Source: Actinomycetota bacterium (lineage in GTDB: Bacteria; Actinomycetota; Geothermincolia; Fen-727; Anoxymicrobiaceae). Taken from it: a DNA stretch of 64,000 nucleotides. Both the position numbers and the translations under genes were made by a program. This document shows positions 61,575 through 64,000 of this stretch, in pieces (position 1 is the stretch's first letter; each line of letters starts with the position of its first letter). The DNA is taken from NCBI GenBank assembly GCA_018831265.1, contig JAHJCO010000041.1, positions 33,700-97,699 on the forward strand, read 5' to 3'. The notes beneath the pieces are model-generated. The model saw only the letters and a list, made by a program, of their open reading frames with translations. It had not been told where the DNA came from and did no database searches.

Positions 61575-62057
61575 ATGGGAATGGAGACCCGCAGGGTCAC
61601 GACCAAGGAGGTGAAGCGGATGGCCATGGAAGCGTCCGACGTCTCGGCGTTCATGTTGTCCGCGTATCGTAACGGCGTGCTGGACCGATTCGTCCCGATC
61701 CTGGGAAAGGCAATGGACGGCGCCCTGGCCGAAGCCGGCGTCGGCCTCGAGCAGATCGTCTACCAGATAGACGAGGCCGGAGAGGATACCCTGCGAAGGC
61801 TGGGCCTCTACTTCTCGCGGTCCGCCGTGTTGATGCGGCTGGCGGCGAGCGACGCCGTCATGAAGGTGCTCTCGGTGATGCTGGGTACCCGCCTTGTCTC
61901 GCGCTCGGTCGAGGCCGTCCTGCGCTTCTCGCTGGGGCTGGTGCTGTCATCCGGAGCGGACGCGGGCACGCTCGGTGAACGGTTGAAAGCCCGTGCCGGG
62001 GCGCGGCGGGGAGGACCTCGCCGCGAGGCGCAAGGTGGTGGTGAAAATGGCCGTTAA
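61575..62057 (+). CDS. hypothetical protein (160 aa), uncertain
   Basis: Open frame between etfB and the FAD oxidase with no recognisable motif; the Gly/Arg-rich C-terminus overlaps the next gene's leader. Could be non-coding. Confidence 0.3.
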   Translation: MGMETRRVTTKEVKRMAMEASDVSAFMLSAYRNGVLDRFVPILGKAMDGALAEAGVGLEQIVYQIDEAGEDTLRRLGLYFSRSAVLMRLAASDAVMKVLSVMLGTRLVSRSVEAVLRFSLGLVLSSGADAGTLGERLKARAGARRGGPRREAQGGGENGR

Positions 62058-63525
62058 GGCTGTGGAAGACCTCAAGGAACGGCTGGCCGGGATAGTGGGA
62101 GAGACCTCCGTCAACGACGACAGGAACGACCTCCTGCAGTACGCGCGGCCCGACGGAGACGGTCACCTGCCGACCTGCGTGGTCAGGCCCGTGAACCCGG
62201 AGCAGGTCACGGCGCTGGTCGTCCTGGCCAACGAGACCGGGCTGAACCTGGTGCCGGTCTCGTCCGGCCCCCCCCACGCCCGTGGAGGGACCGCCCCGGA
62301 GAGCGGTGCGGTGATGGTGGACCTCTCGGCCATGGACCGGATAGTCAGGATGGACAGGAGGAACAAGGTCGCCATCGTCGAGCCCGGGGTCACGTTCGGG
62401 CGGCTGGCGTCAGAGGCCTCGAAGGTGGGCCTGAAGGCTCTCATGCCACTGCTACCCAGGCAGCGTAAGTCCGTGCTCGCTAGCTACCTGGAGCGCGAGC
62501 CGATAATCATCCCCAAGTACCACTGGGACGCGACGGACCCCCTGCTCTGCATGGAGGTGGTCTTCGGTACCGGGGACATGTTCCGCACCGGCTCGGCGGC
62601 GGGCCCCGGCAGCCTGGAACAGCAGTGGGAGCACGGGGAGGCGCAGAAGAACCCCATGGGGCCGGGCCAGACCGACTTCGGCAGGCTCGTGCAGGGTGCC
62701 CAGGGGACCATGGGGATAGTCACCTGGGGCTCGGTCAAGCTCGAGGTCATGCCCTCCGAGCACAGGATCTACTTCGTCAACGACTCGCTGGAACGGCTGA
62801 TCGAGTTCGCCTACCCGGTGCTGAGGAGAAAGATGGCCGACGAGTTCCTGATCCTGGACGGGACCGCGTTTGCGACCACGATGCGAGGGGGCGCCGCGGA
62901 GATAGGCGATCTCGCGGGCCGGATCCCGGGCTACGTGCTGGTGCTGGGGATCTCCGGGTACGAGTACTTCCCCGGGGAGCGGGTGACCTACCTGGTGAAC
63001 GACATGGCGGACCTGGCCAAGGAGGCAGGCGTCGCGCTTACCAGGAGCGCCGCTGGTGTCGATCACCTGGAGGCGGAGCGCGCGCTTTCGGGTCCGTCGG
63101 GCGAGCCGTACTACAAGCACAGGATGAAGGGCGGCTCGAGGGACCTGTTCTTCCTCACCACCCTGGACCGGGTGCCGGCATTTACCGCGGCAATGGAGTC
63201 GCTTGCACAGGAGCACGGTCATCCCGTCGGGGAGATCGGGACGTATATCCAGCCGATCCAGCACGGCCGCACCGTGCATCTAGAGTTCGACATCTACTTC
63301 GATCCGGGTTCGGCGAAGGACGCCGCCCGGGCGGGCGGGTTGTTCTCCGCCGCGGCGAAGGCCTGCCAGGAGATGGGAGGCTTCTTCTCCCGCCCGTACG
63401 GTCCCTGGGCGGATATGGCCTTCGAGGCGTGCCCGGACACGGTGGACGCCCTGCTCAAGGTCAAGAGGGTCCTCGATCCACGCGGCGTGATGAACCGGAA
63501 CAAGCTCTGCTTCAAGGAGGCGTAG
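62047..63525 (+). CDS. FAD-linked oxidase (GlcD / D-lactate dehydrogenase-like, PCMH-type FAD-binding + C-terminal oxidase domain)
   Basis: ...VVRPVNPEQVTALVVLANETGLNLVPVSSG... FAD_binding_4. Start ATG 62047 with AAGGTGGTGGTGA upstream. Confidence 0.85.
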   Translation: MAVKAVEDLKERLAGIVGETSVNDDRNDLLQYARPDGDGHLPTCVVRPVNPEQVTALVVLANETGLNLVPVSSGPPHARGGTAPESGAVMVDLSAMDRIVRMDRRNKVAIVEPGVTFGRLASEASKVGLKALMPLLPRQRKSVLASYLEREPIIIPKYHWDATDPLLCMEVVFGTGDMFRTGSAAGPGSLEQQWEHGEAQKNPMGPGQTDFGRLVQGAQGTMGIVTWGSVKLEVMPSEHRIYFVNDSLERLIEFAYPVLRRKMADEFLILDGTAFATTMRGGAAEIGDLAGRIPGYVLVLGISGYEYFPGERVTYLVNDMADLAKEAGVALTRSAAGVDHLEAERALSGPSGEPYYKHRMKGGSRDLFFLTTLDRVPAFTAAMESLAQEHGHPVGEIGTYIQPIQHGRTVHLEFDIYFDPGSAKDAARAGGLFSAAAKACQEMGGFFSRPYGPWADMAFEACPDTVDALLKVKRVLDPRGVMNRNKLCFKEA

Positions 63526-63527
63526 GC

Positions 63528-64000
63528 TATGGCGCTCACAGATTACGTCAGGGACATGAGGGGCTGCTCCCGCTGCTCGTCGTGCAAATGGGTCCCGTTC
63601 AACCAGGTCAAGAGCTGGCGGAACGCCATGAACTGCCCGGCGATCACCAGGTTCAACTTCCACGCCTACTCGGGCAGCGGCAAGATGAACATGGGCCTGT
63701 CGCACCTGCAGGGCAGGAGCGAGCTGACAGAGGGCGCGGCCGACATCATCTACCACTGTCAGCTCTGCGGGGCGTGCGAGGTCTCGTGCAAGGTCTACCG
63801 CGACGACATAGACCTGACCGACGTGCTGCTGGAGCTGCGCGCCACATGCGTGGAGGAAGGCCAGCTCATGGTCGAGCACATGGCCATGCTGGACTTTCTG
63901 AAACGTGACGACAACCCGCTCGGAGAGCCCAAGAGCACGCGCGGCGACTGGACCGAAGGGCTGGGGCTCAAGGATATAAACCGGGAGCCCGCCGACGTCA
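63528..64000 (+). CDS. Fe-S oxidoreductase (GlcF/LutA-like, Cys-rich CCG-type), 3' truncated by the window edge
   Basis: MALTDYVRDMRGCSRCSSCKWVP...CPA...YHCQLCGACEVSCKV: two Cys clusters typical of GlcF/HdrD-like proteins. ATGG overlap with the upstream gene stop. Confidence 0.7.

Overview
This is a 64 kb high-GC (~65-68%) bacterial chromosomal window with about 55 protein-coding genes and strong GGAGG-type Shine-Dalgarno sites. I saw no rRNA, tRNA or CRISPR. The gene content (CooS carbon-monoxide dehydrogenase, tungsten-type aldehyde:ferredoxin oxidoreductase, EtfAB, ADP-forming acyl-CoA synthetase, MmpL transporter, many TetR regulators) suggests an anaerobic, lipid and fatty-acid degrading Actinobacteria- or Chloroflexi-like organism, but taxonomy cannot be proven from sequence alone. 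Main points: (1) four paralogous secreted proteins each carry four tandem copies of an unrecognised ~110-aa module (W-[YF]-[FL]-A-E-G ... Q-N-P ... E-R-A-M-Y) fused to different head or tail domains (unknown N-domain, 7-bladed BNR/Ycf48-like propeller, right-handed beta-helix, CapA-like phosphoesterase); (2) at least five families of short interspersed or palindromic intergenic repeats, some flanking these genes; (3) a minus-strand operon SCP2 / Fe-alcohol dehydrogenase / SCP2 / AOR / MoaD; (4) a putative regulon marked by three GGAATGAC-N-GTCATTCC palindromes around a MerR-TetR fusion regulator, covering an ADP-forming acyl-CoA synthetase operon and an EtfAB + FAD-linked oxidase + Fe-S oxidoreductase operon; (5) a pyruvate/acetoin dehydrogenase E1 beta gene interrupted by a single in-frame TGA; (6) two tandem catalytically dead M48/HtpX-like paralogs; (7) a low-GC islet with an AAA-ATPase/PD-(D/E)xK protein, an I9-like lipoprotein and HicAB toxin-antitoxin; (8) a lipase gene with a textbook sigma70 promoter overlapped by an 18-bp inverted-repeat operator, followed by two TetR genes. 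The many long antisense ORFs in the six-frame track are high-GC artefacts.
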